From Microcoleus sp. (GTDB taxonomy: Bacteria; Cyanobacteriota; Cyanobacteriia; Cyanobacteriales; Microcoleaceae), in assembly GCA_052279835.1 (NCBI GenBank), contig CP181291.1:4160001-4224000 (forward strand): a stretch of 64,000 bases of DNA. The letters are read 5' to 3'. Positions 20,390 to 29,766 of the stretch are shown one piece after another. The translations under genes and the position numbers were made by a program. How positions within the stretch are numbered: the first letter of the stretch is position 1; every line of letters starts with the position of its first letter. Below the pieces are notes generated by a model, which saw nothing but the letters and a program-made list of their open reading frames with translations, was not told the DNA's origin and made no database searches.

Positions 20390-20809
20390 TTGATACTCCC
20401 CAGGGCTGAAGCCACGGGGATTCTTGAATGAATCCGAAAACTCTCAAAGGTGCTATCAAATTACCTCTACACGCTCAAAACAACTACCCTTATAAAAGAT
20501 ATTGCAATTGCGCTTACTTTTAAATTGTGTTTGTTTTCATAGACCATCACAACGCCAGATAGGTACGCTTCACACTCTGCCATTACTTGTCAGTTATACA
20601 GGCTTACTACTCCTTGAGGAGTGTGGTGGCTCACGCTCGCCGGGATTTCTCCGATACTAGAATGTTTCAACACGTAGATGGTTGTCTTACTTACAATCTA
20701 TTCTAACTCAACTTTCCAATCAGTTAGATCGGGAAATATTGAAGGCGGTTGAAACCGCAGCCACTTTCCTCCCCATGTCTAAAGCCAGGAGCTTCTCGCT
20801 CGTTTTTTG
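20390..20809 (-). mobile_element. Non-autonomous, ORF-less IS200/IS605 derivative with both ends
   Basis: TCAC, then caaaaaacgagcgagaagctcctggctttagacatgggg (left end); right end aagaatccccgtggcttcagccctggggagtaTCAA. Same architecture as the element at 9035-10346. Confidence 0.8.
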
Positions 20810-20815
20810 GTGATA

Positions 20816-21286
20816 TTAATGGCCGTGTTTGGAGTTGCGATCGCCCAATTTCGCTTTTTGCCGCTGGCGAATACCGGCCCGAACTGTTGCCATATCCACG
20901 GGAAAACCAACCACAGGAATCACCTGATCCTGGCGTTCCTTTTCCAGATTCTTGAGTTCGGTGTAATCTACCCAGTGAATGCAATTCACTGGACAAGTAT
21001 CCATCGCCTCAGCAATCAATTCTTCAGAATCACCATCTTGTCGAACTACGCGCGATCGCCCGTAATCCGGTTCAATGTAGAATGTATTCCGAGCAACATG
21101 AGCGCAATGCTTGCAACCAATGCAGGTAATCTCATCAACGTAGACACCTTTTTGCCGCAACACGCCACCCAACTCTGGTTCAAAACCAGTGCGATCGGGC
21201 GCATCTCGCAAAAAACCACCCAACTCTGGTTCAAAACCAGTGCGATCGTCCGCAGTCTCTATTTCAATTCCAGAAATCTCAGACAT
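20816..21286 (-). CDS. Ferredoxin (bacterial Fe-S type)
   Basis: CIGCKHC...CPVNC motif; ATG at 21286; duplicated DRTGFEPELGG at the N-terminus. Confidence 0.88.
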   Translation of the reverse strand: MSEISGIEIETADDRTGFEPELGGFLRDAPDRTGFEPELGGVLRQKGVYVDEITCIGCKHCAHVARNTFYIEPDYGRSRVVRQDGDSEELIAEAMDTCPVNCIHWVDYTELKNLEKERQDQVIPVVGFPVDMATVRAGIRQRQKAKLGDRNSKHGH

Positions 21287-21380
21287 TTTCGACCTCTTCC
21301 AATAACAATAAGTCCGCACAGGCGGACTTTAGATTGTGAATTTATTTGATTGTGCAGCCACTGTTTAAAGCTAGACGCAT

Positions 21381-21767
21381 CTAAGCGCACCAGCGCTGTA
21401 CCACCAAGCGAATCGAACCATCTTGATTTTGCTTTTGTTCAGAAACTTGGAAACCCTGTTTGGCGCTCTCATTCACCACTGTATGGTAAGCATAGCGCTG
21501 AGTTACCTTATTCAGAAAACGGTCTACAGACCAAGCCTGTTGCCAAAATTGCAAGTCAGCGACTAATTCATACTCAGTCCCATTCCAGCTAAAACCTAAG
21601 TCATAGCCATTTTCCTGCTCAATAACCACCTCAGCGGTGCTAGTTAGTCCGCGATAACCCCGCACCTGTGTCGGGCCAGACTTCCAGTGGATACCCAAGT
21701 CGGTTAAAGCAGCTTCCAAAGAATTCAAATTGCGGATCTGGGTTTTAATTTGGCTAAAGTGTGACAT
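21381..21767 (-). CDS. DUF1257 / Ycf35-like protein
   Basis: MSHFSQIKT start and VRGYRG...YELVADLQFW motifs. Confidence 0.9.
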   Translation of the reverse strand: MSHFSQIKTQIRNLNSLEAALTDLGIHWKSGPTQVRGYRGLTSTAEVVIEQENGYDLGFSWNGTEYELVADLQFWQQAWSVDRFLNKVTQRYAYHTVVNESAKQGFQVSEQKQNQDGSIRLVVQRWCA

Positions 21768-21808
21768 GATGATTCCAAAAAAATTTAAGTGAACTTAACA
21801 AAAAAAGA

Positions 21809-22018
21809 TTACCAATCGCTAAAAGCAACTTGGGTTGTGGCTTCGGCTGACTGATGCAGTGTTTGGGTGAAATATTCCGATGTAGACTCTTGATGAAGCA
21901 CAACTCCAAGCTGAGCTTCGATCGCAGCCGTTACCTCAGCGCAGGATGCGCCCATAATGCCGGTGACTGTTTCCTGTACCCGGCCATCTGGATAAATCAC
22001 AAACTCTAGTGTTTCCAT
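21809..22018 (-). CDS. DUF2997 protein
   Basis: LEFVIYPDGRVQETVTGIMGASC motif; usual neighbour of DUF1257. Confidence 0.88.
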   Translation of the reverse strand: METLEFVIYPDGRVQETVTGIMGASCAEVTAAIEAQLGVVLHQESTSEYFTQTLHQSAEATTQVAFSDW

Positions 22019-22438
22019 AGTGTGTTATCGAACAGTGGCTGACTCAATAGGAATAGTGGGATTTAGACATCCGTAGCACTAGGCTAGGGAAGATGCCTGG
22101 GGCGTCGCTTCTTGAGGTTGGCGTAACTCGCAAACCCCTAAATCAATTTTGACGAATTGATAGGTTGCGAGTCACAACTTCACAAAAGTTATTAATATCT
22201 AGAAGCTTTACGTCAGTTATCTGTAAAGTTTCGCGTACTTTGTGACATCAGTCAATGGGATTTTAGATTTTAGATTATTGTAGAGGCGATCGCCTGGGAT
22301 CGATAAAAAGATTCACAGTTTGTCAATATTGTCAATAAATTTTAGATTTTACACGCCCTGGGATGGTCTTGAGAGGGCTAGATATCTTGTTAAAATGATG
22401 AGTAAACCTGAATAATTTTTAGCAGAGGCGTAGTTGCT

Positions 22439-23029
22439 ATGACCGTTGCATCCCAAAAAATGAGCCTGGAAGAGTATCTGAACTTTGATGATGGTACAGA
22501 GACTCGGTACGAACTGGAAAATGGAGAACTGATTGTTATGCCCCCAGAAAGCGATCTGAATCAGCGAATTGCGATATTTCTATTGGTCTACTTTGCACAA
22601 CAGGGTATTCCATCTCATCGATTGAGAGTTGGCGCTGAAATTGTGGTGAGTAGTTCGCGGGCTGGGAGTCGTTTACCGGATTTGATGGTGCTATCGGAGG
22701 AATTGGCTACGGCTTTGGAGGGGAGTAGGCGATCGACTATTATGATGGATATGCCACCGCCATTGCTGGTAGTAGAAGTGGTGAGTCCTCATCAAGAAAA
22801 TCGAGATTATCGCTACAAACGTTCTGAGTATGCGGCGCGAAGAATTCCAGAGTATTGGATTGTGGACCCCATACAACAGCGGGTGACGGTGTTGGAGTGG
22901 GTTGAGGGTTTGTATGAAGAGGTTGTGTATACGGGTGATAGCGCGTTAGCGGAGCCCTCGAAGAGGATCGTATCTCCTGTATTGGGCGTTTTGGAATTGA
23001 CGGCTTCACGGCTATTGCAAGGGCGTTGA
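22439..23029 (+). CDS. Uma2-family endonuclease, copy 1
   Basis: ELENGEL, PD...LVVEVVSP and YAARRIPEYWIVDP motifs. Confidence 0.92.
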   Translation: MTVASQKMSLEEYLNFDDGTETRYELENGELIVMPPESDLNQRIAIFLLVYFAQQGIPSHRLRVGAEIVVSSSRAGSRLPDLMVLSEELATALEGSRRSTIMMDMPPPLLVVEVVSPHQENRDYRYKRSEYAARRIPEYWIVDPIQQRVTVLEWVEGLYEEVVYTGDSALAEPSKRIVSPVLGVLELTASRLLQGR

Positions 23030-23120
23030 AAAAGTGGGTGATATTCAATTTTAGATGAGTTAGAAATATTGTTAAAATGATGAGTAGACGTGAACAATTT
23101 TTAGCAGAGGCGTAGTTGCT

Positions 23121-23690
23121 ATGACCGTTGCATCCCAAAAAATGAGCCTGGAAGAGTACCTGAACTTTGATGATGGTACAGAGACTCGGTACGAACTGGA
23201 CAATGGAGAACTGATTGTTATGCCCCCAGAAAGCCAACTCAATTGCCGAATTGCGATATTTCTCTTGATATACTTTGCACAACAGGGTATTCCATCTCAT
23301 CGATTGACGATGAAGACTGAAATTGTGGTGAGTAGTTCGCGGGCGACGACTCGTTTTCCCGATGTGATGGTGCTATCGGAGGAATTGGCTACGGCTTTGG
23401 AGGGGAGTAGGCGATCGACTATTATGAGCGATATGCCACCACCATTGCTGGTAGTAGAAGTGGTGAGTCCTCATCAAGAAAATCGAGATTATCGCTACAA
23501 ACGCTCTGAGTATGCGGCGCGAGGAATTGCGGAGTATTGGATTGTTGACCCAATACAACAGCGGGTGACGGTGTTGGAGTGGGTTGAGGGTTTGTATGAA
23601 GAGGTTGTGTATACGGGTGAGAATGCGATCGTATCTCCTGTATTGGGCGTTTTGGAATTGACGGCTTCACGGCTATTGCAAGGGCGTTGA
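23121..23690 (+). CDS. Uma2-family endonuclease, copy 2
   Basis: Near-identical paralog of copy 1. Confidence 0.92.
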   Translation: MTVASQKMSLEEYLNFDDGTETRYELDNGELIVMPPESQLNCRIAIFLLIYFAQQGIPSHRLTMKTEIVVSSSRATTRFPDVMVLSEELATALEGSRRSTIMSDMPPPLLVVEVVSPHQENRDYRYKRSEYAARGIAEYWIVDPIQQRVTVLEWVEGLYEEVVYTGENAIVSPVLGVLELTASRLLQGR

Positions 23691-23781
23691 AAAAGTGGGT
23701 GATATTCAATTTTAGATGAGTTAGAAATATTGTTAAAATGATGAGTAGACGTGAACAATTTTTAGCAGAGGCGTAGTTGCT

Positions 23782-24351
23782 ATGACCGTTGCATCCCAAA
23801 AAATGAGCCTTGAAGAGTATCTGAACTTTGATGATGGTACAGAGACTCAGTACGAACTGGACAATGGAGAACTGATTGTCATGCCCCCAGAAAGCCAACT
23901 CAATTGCCGAATTGCCTCATTGCTATTTGCTCTATTCTTGCAACAGGGTATTCCATCTTATCGATTGATGATGAAGACTGAAATTGTGGTGAGTAGTTCG
24001 CGGGCGACGACTCGTTTTCCCGATTTGATGGTACTATCGGAGGAATTGGCTACGGCTTTGGAGGGGAGTAGGCGATCGACTATTATGAGCGATATGCCGC
24101 CACCATTGTTAGTAGTAGAAGTGGTGAGTCCTCATCAAGAAAATCGAGATTATCGCTACAAACGTTCTGAGTATGCGGCGCGAGGGATTGCAGAGTATTG
24201 GATTGTTGACCCGATACAACAGCGGGTGACGGTGTTGGAGTGGGTTGAAGGTTTGTATGAAGAGGTTGTGTATACGGGTGATAGCGCGATCGCCTCCCCT
24301 GTGTTGGGCGTTTTGGAATTGACGGCTTCACGGCTATTGCAAGGGCGTTGA
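23782..24351 (+). CDS. Uma2-family endonuclease, copy 3
   Basis: Near-identical paralog of copy 2. Confidence 0.92.
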   Translation: MTVASQKMSLEEYLNFDDGTETQYELDNGELIVMPPESQLNCRIASLLFALFLQQGIPSYRLMMKTEIVVSSSRATTRFPDLMVLSEELATALEGSRRSTIMSDMPPPLLVVEVVSPHQENRDYRYKRSEYAARGIAEYWIVDPIQQRVTVLEWVEGLYEEVVYTGDSAIASPVLGVLELTASRLLQGR

Positions 24352-24672
24352 CTTTAAAGTGCGATCGAGAATCTGCACGAACAAAAATTGAATTTTCTGT
24401 TTGAGATTAGTGAGAAATATTGCTAAATTTTAGATATACATTAATTTATTTAGGGTGTCATAAATCCCTGGCTCAGACAGAAATTAAGTGGCTCATTTCT
24501 AGCTATAAGATGCTAGATATAGTGTTACCATATCGCCCCTGCGCGACATCCCCACCAGCCACCAAAAGCGCGATCGATCCAAAATCCCAAATCCAAAATC
24601 TAAAATCCCATGACGGATGACTTCCTTAAAAGCCATTTAAGATAGAGAGAATAAGATCAACCAAAAATCCAC

Positions 24673-25992
24673 ATGACATCAACCCTGCTCAAATCCTCCT
24701 CCCGATCGCCCATCAATGCTCCCACCATCCGCCATTTCCCCAATGGCCTCACCGTAATCGCCGAACACTTACCCGTCGATGCCGTTAACCTTAGCATTTG
24801 GGTAAACTTGGGCTCCGCCGTCGAATCCGACGAAATCAACGGGATGGCTCACTTTTTAGAACACATGATTTTCAAGGGAACTCCCAGTATTCAAAGCGGA
24901 GAATTTGAGCGGGCGATCGAACAACGCGGCGCCGTCACCAATGCAGCCACCAGCCAAGATTACACAAACTACTACATCACCACAGCCCCGAAAGACTTTG
25001 CCGAACTAGCTCCCCTGCAAGTAGATGTGTTGCTAAATGCCAGCATTCCCGACGATGCCTTCGATCGCGAAAGACTGGTAGTCTTAGAAGAAATTAGGCG
25101 ATCCGAAGACAATCCCGGCCGCCGCACCTATCAGCGATCCGTCCAACTAGCCTTTGAATCCCTACCCTATCGCCGTCCCGTCCTCGGCCCTAGCTCGGTG
25201 ATCGAAAACCTTACCGCGCAACAAATGCGCGATTTCCACCGCAGCAGATATCAGCCCAGCGCCATGACAGCAGTGGCTGTAGGGAATTTACCCGTGGATC
25301 AATTAATTCAAATTGTGGCAGACAGTTTTTCGGCAAAAAGCACAACACAAAACGGCAACATAGACATCGCTGCTGCCAAAAACGACTCAACACCCCAAAC
25401 CCCGACATACTTTCCAGAATCGCCCTTGACAGAAACAGTCCGCCGCGAGTTTGTCGATTCTGCCCTCCAGCAAGCCAGACTGATGATGATGTGGCGAGCA
25501 CCCGGTTTCATTGACATCTCCGAAACCTATGCCCTAGACGTTTTAGCCACTATTTTAGGTCACGGGCGCACAACTCGCTTAGTTCAAGAGTTGCGAGAAG
25601 ATAAGGGGCTAGTCTCGTCAATTTCTGTGAGCAACATGACTCAGCGACTAGGCGGTGTTTTCTCAATTTCCGCTCACCTGGTGGCGGAAAACTTGCCAGA
25701 AGTCGAAGCAGCCATTGTCCGACATATCCGCACCCTGCAAACTGAACTGGTGACAGATGCAGAAATTTCCCGCATCCGCACTCAAGTGGCAAATCGGTTT
25801 GTGTTTGGTAACGAAACTCCAAGCGATCGGGCAAGTTTGTACGGCTACTATCAGTCGATGGTAGGAGATATCGCTCCCGCCCTCAACTATACAGCTTACA
25901 TCCAAGCTCTGACTCCCACGGATCTCCGGGATGCCGCTGTCAAATATTTGTCTCCCGATGCGATCGGCATACTGATCGTTCGCCCTTCCTGA
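24673..25992 (+). CDS. M16 (pitrilysin-family) zinc peptidase
   Basis: Inverted zinc motif HFLEH and NAATSQDYT. Confidence 0.93.
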   Translation: MTSTLLKSSSRSPINAPTIRHFPNGLTVIAEHLPVDAVNLSIWVNLGSAVESDEINGMAHFLEHMIFKGTPSIQSGEFERAIEQRGAVTNAATSQDYTNYYITTAPKDFAELAPLQVDVLLNASIPDDAFDRERLVVLEEIRRSEDNPGRRTYQRSVQLAFESLPYRRPVLGPSSVIENLTAQQMRDFHRSRYQPSAMTAVAVGNLPVDQLIQIVADSFSAKSTTQNGNIDIAAAKNDSTPQTPTYFPESPLTETVRREFVDSALQQARLMMMWRAPGFIDISETYALDVLATILGHGRTTRLVQELREDKGLVSSISVSNMTQRLGGVFSISAHLVAENLPEVEAAIVRHIRTLQTELVTDAEISRIRTQVANRFVFGNETPSDRASLYGYYQSMVGDIAPALNYTAYIQALTPTDLRDAAVKYLSPDAIGILIVRPS

Positions 25993-26123
25993 TTTTGCAG
26001 TCTCCCCTTGAAGGTTTTGTATCGAATCATGAATACAAAGCCTTTAACATAGGGGCGATCGACAAAACTATCGTAATTTTCTGAGAGGATAAGCTTGGAA
26101 TTATTACACATGGGTGGGCAAGG

Positions 26124-27152
26124 ATGAAATTACAAAACTTTCTAAAATCGCAAATGAGGTACGATGTCAAGGCGATCGCCGCTGACGACGAACTCAGTCG
26201 CCAAATTCAAACTCGCCTGATTGACTTGGGTTTACTCAAACCCCCCGTAGACGGCTTATTTGGTCCCCTCTCTACCGCCGCTCTCCATCGGTTTCAAACC
26301 CTGATGAAGTGTGGCGAACTTGGTTTTTTGGGAGCAGTCACAGCCGAAAAGCTGATCGAGACCAAAAAGGGGGACATTCCCACACCTCCGATCGTACTAA
26401 AAATCCTCAAAGACACAGTTTTTAAAGCAAAACCTCTGGCAACTTCTCAACTTCTTGACGCGGAAAAACAGTCAATACCAGCGGGAAAAGAGTTTGAACT
26501 GATTGCTTTTGCTCCGATTCGCGGCCACCTGAGAATTGCTCTGCGCAACGAGTCTTTTAAAGGTTCGGGGATTTGGTATGTTTTTAGCCCACACGCTCAA
26601 GTTACTCAAGAAGGCGTTGTGCTCTATCCCAAAATAAATCCACCCACTGTCAGACTGGGAGTTCCTTACCGCTCCCAAATGGATAATTTTTACAATCCTA
26701 GTGGTTCTTGTAATGTAACTTCCATAGCAATGTGTCTGGATTTTTTGAGGATTGCGCGACGCAAAAAAACCGGGCAATTTGAGGACGAACTCTACGAATA
26801 TGCGATCGCCAAAGGTTACAGTCGTTGGGAACCGTTGGATTTAGCAAAGATTGTCAAAGATTACGGCGCTCAAGATTACTTTACAGAAAATGCAACGATT
26901 CAGGACTTAAGAGATTGGCTAGCCAGTGGCAATCCCGCTGTCATCCACGGATATTTCACCTCTTTCGGTCATATTATAGTTGTAGTAGGTTATGACAGCG
27001 ATGGATTCTTTGTGCACGACCCCTATGGAGAGTGGTTTGCCAGTGGCTATGACACCAGTGTCAGCGGTTCCTACTTGTATTATTCCGAGCGTTTAATCCG
27101 CAACGTCTGTATGCCAGACGGAAATTTTTGGGTTCATTTTATATCCAAATAG
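26124..27152 (+). CDS. Peptidoglycan-binding domain plus C39-like cysteine peptidase
   Basis: IQTRLIDLG...VDGLFGPLS at the N-terminus; catalytic SCNVTS, GHIIVVVGY and HDPYG. Confidence 0.88.
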   Translation: MKLQNFLKSQMRYDVKAIAADDELSRQIQTRLIDLGLLKPPVDGLFGPLSTAALHRFQTLMKCGELGFLGAVTAEKLIETKKGDIPTPPIVLKILKDTVFKAKPLATSQLLDAEKQSIPAGKEFELIAFAPIRGHLRIALRNESFKGSGIWYVFSPHAQVTQEGVVLYPKINPPTVRLGVPYRSQMDNFYNPSGSCNVTSIAMCLDFLRIARRKKTGQFEDELYEYAIAKGYSRWEPLDLAKIVKDYGAQDYFTENATIQDLRDWLASGNPAVIHGYFTSFGHIIVVVGYDSDGFFVHDPYGEWFASGYDTSVSGSYLYYSERLIRNVCMPDGNFWVHFISK

Positions 27153-27251
27153 TCATTAGTCATTAGTCATTAGTCATTAGTCATTAGTCATTAGTTATTA
27201 GTTATTAGTTATTAGTTATTAGTTATTAGTCATTAGTCATTAGTCATTAGT
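27151..27251. repeat. Heptamer tandem repeat (AGTCATT/AGTTATT)n, with an inverted copy at 27383-27433
   Basis: About 14 copies; the complementary TAATGAC run overlaps the nadC stop. Confidence 0.92.
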
Positions 27252-27424
27252 GATGGAAAATATGGCTAATACCAAATCCTGCTTTAATACCCCTTTTAAT
27301 CTTTAGTCCGCTTGGAATGGACTTCGTTTGACAAGAAGCGATTTCAATCGCCGAATAATCGAGGGAGTAACTTATCTCTTAGCTAATGACTAATGACTAA
27401 TAACTAATGACTAATGACTAATGA

Positions 27425-28288
27425 CTAATGACTATTAATTTTCATGCTCAAGTCCAGCCAAGTCGATCGCGTAATTGGAGCACTCGTAGAAATATAATCA
27501 ATTCCGGTTTCCGCCACACTCCGAATAGTTTCCAAAGTCACATTCCCGGAAGCTTCAATTTTCACCCGATCGCCCTTTTCGCGAATTATTGCCACAGCCT
27601 GCCGCATCAAATCATAGGACATATTATCTAACATGATAATATCCGCCTTATGCTGAAGAGCTGTCTCCACCTCAGCCAGAGTTTCGGTTTCAACTTCGAT
27701 TGTCAGCGGATAGGGGATAGAATTGCGAATTAGGGCGATCGCCTCGGCAATTCCCCCAGCCGCCGCAATGTGATTGTCTTTAATCATCACCGCGTCATCC
27801 AATCCCATGCGGTGATTGCAAGCACCGCCAACTTGAGTCGCGTATTTTTCCAACAATCTCAACCCCGGCGTTGTCTTGCGGGTATCCACTAATTGCACGG
27901 GCAAATCGGCAATTTTGTCAACATATTTCTGAGTTAAAGTAGCGATGCCGCTTAAACGCATTGCCAAGTTTAAGGCTACTCTTTCTCCGGTTAGCAGCGC
28001 ATCGAAATTGCCGGAAATCTCAGCAATTACTTCTCCTTTTTCGCACAGTTTCCCTTCGGGTACTTGGGGGATGAAACTGAGGCTGCTGTCTAAAAGTTTA
28101 AAAGTGCGATGTGCGATCGGCAATCCGGCTATGACTCCAGCTTCTTTGACTATCCATTTTGCAGTACCCTGGATGCTGTTTGCGGGGAATAAGGCCGATG
28201 TTGTGCGATCGCCCCTACCGATATCTTCTAGCAGCCAGTCGTGCAGTAGGGAGTCTAAAACTATCCAAGGTGGCAATATTGCTGTCAT
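27425..28288 (-). CDS. nadC: Quinolinate phosphoribosyltransferase
   Basis: DTRKTTPGLR, HRMGLDDAVMIKDNH and IMLDN motifs. Confidence 0.97.
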   Translation of the reverse strand: MTAILPPWIVLDSLLHDWLLEDIGRGDRTTSALFPANSIQGTAKWIVKEAGVIAGLPIAHRTFKLLDSSLSFIPQVPEGKLCEKGEVIAEISGNFDALLTGERVALNLAMRLSGIATLTQKYVDKIADLPVQLVDTRKTTPGLRLLEKYATQVGGACNHRMGLDDAVMIKDNHIAAAGGIAEAIALIRNSIPYPLTIEVETETLAEVETALQHKADIIMLDNMSYDLMRQAVAIIREKGDRVKIEASGNVTLETIRSVAETGIDYISTSAPITRSTWLDLSMKINSH

Positions 28289-28334
28289 GTTTTTGTCGGT
28301 TGTTATATCAATAGGAATTACGCATCAAAACCCT

Positions 28335-28413
28335 AGAAACCGGGTTTTTGCCAGAGAATCGGGCTGTAACAAAGTATCTCGGAAAAAACCCGGTTTCTGA
28401 CTACCCGTGCGTC
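28335..28413. repeat. Dispersed palindromic repeat AGAAACCGGGTTTTT...AAAAACCCGGTTTCT
   Basis: Further copies at 33015-33094 and 52372-52430, and a degenerate one at 8957-9024. Confidence 0.85.
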
Positions 28414-28585
28414 TGGGACTGTTATTAGGAAGAATAGTCGATCGGGTGATTTTAGGCAAGTTGCAGAATGATGGTGGTGTGAGTGCGATTTTGGGCGATC
28501 GGGGGCTAGATAACGGGCTATTCTGTTGCTGACATTGGGTTTTGGTGGTTTAATGGAGTAGAAAGGGCGATCGCGAGTAGAAACA

Positions 28586-28822
28586 ATGATACAGCCAGTC
28601 ATTTTAGAAAAATTAGCAGAACTCCCTGAGTCTCTTCAGACAGAAGTGCTTCATTATATTGAGTTTTTGATCGAAAAGCAGGCTAAAAACTCAACTCAAG
28701 AAAAGCCGACAAAGAAGCGTCGAGTTGCCGGAACAATGCAAGGAATGTTTGTTCTACCGCTTCCTGATGACTTTGATGATCCGCTTGAGGATATCAAGGA
28801 ATATTTTAATGCTCAGGATTAG
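28586..28822 (+). CDS. DUF2281-type antitoxin with no adjacent toxin
   Basis: LPESLQTEVLHYIEFL...G..LPDDFDDPL pattern. Confidence 0.85.
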   Translation: MIQPVILEKLAELPESLQTEVLHYIEFLIEKQAKNSTQEKPTKKRRVAGTMQGMFVLPLPDDFDDPLEDIKEYFNAQD

Positions 28823-28872
28823 ATTACTTTAATGTTATTATTGGGACGGTCAATTTCCACAAGAGACAACAA

Positions 28873-29520
28873 ATGAATCAAAAAACAAGTATTGAGTTGG
28901 TCAATTCCATCGCCAGTGAACACCTTAGTTCAATAGTGCGTGATTTAGCCGAAGTGGGATTTGACACTATTTTAAAGGAAGGTGTATTTCGTGATATTCC
29001 ATGCTTTAACACCGTTGTTTCTTTATACCAAGCTGGTGTTGAAATCCGCCAGCAACTCTTCATCATGAAAATCATAAACTTCTGGAAAGAGCTACCCAAT
29101 ACATCCCTTCATGAACGTCAAAAATTCGTTGAATGGATGGATAAACATCCCAAGCAAAAGCTTACATTTGGAGAAAATATATTACTGCTAATTGACCGTG
29201 CAGATAGCATGGAAAAACCATCAATTTTAGGACGATTACTCAATCATTGTACACTCGGAGATATATCCTATGAGGATATGATGCGATTATGCTTCATAGT
29301 TAATAGTGTATATATGCCTGACTTAAATTACCTGACTAGCTTTACATTTGGTATCCAGAGCAATCCGAATATTGCTGAGAGTCTTAAAAGTGCTGGACTA
29401 CTTATTTTTGCTGGTATGGATGGTGGAAATTTGAGTGAACCTGGTTCTGGAGGCGTTTTTTATGAATTAAATGATTATGGAAGAATGTTATTAAAATATG
29501 GCTTAGATTCCGCCGTCTAA
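28873..29520 (+). CDS. Hypothetical protein (loosely DUF4393/Abi-alpha-like)
   Basis: 215-aa AT-rich ORF; the family resemblance is by eye only. Confidence 0.6.
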   Translation: MNQKTSIELVNSIASEHLSSIVRDLAEVGFDTILKEGVFRDIPCFNTVVSLYQAGVEIRQQLFIMKIINFWKELPNTSLHERQKFVEWMDKHPKQKLTFGENILLLIDRADSMEKPSILGRLLNHCTLGDISYEDMMRLCFIVNSVYMPDLNYLTSFTFGIQSNPNIAESLKSAGLLIFAGMDGGNLSEPGSGGVFYELNDYGRMLLKYGLDSAV

Positions 29521-29766
29521 CAATTTAGATGCAGCCGATAATTTCAAAATCATAACTAATCCTCATAAAGTTAAATCATTCCCTTGCTTTGATTAGTCAT
29601 GATGCTGCTTCTGATGCCTATGACCTTCAGCGGGTATGGTCATAATGAATGCAAATATACTATCTTCCTTGCTAATTTACAACGAACCTAATAAAATAAA
29701 ACTCAGATTTTCCGCATTCTTCTTGCTATCAAGGCTTCACACCTAATTACTATCTAAACTGGGAGT

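Noticed and set aside
21163..21248. Duplicated DRTGFEPELGG in the ferredoxin N-terminus
   Set aside because: The duplication is real, but I recall it as common in this cyanobacterial family, so it is not counted as novel (unverified).
22439..24351. Diversity-generating retroelement template/variable pair among Uma2 copies
   Set aside because: Differences are not adenine-specific and no reverse transcriptase is in the window.
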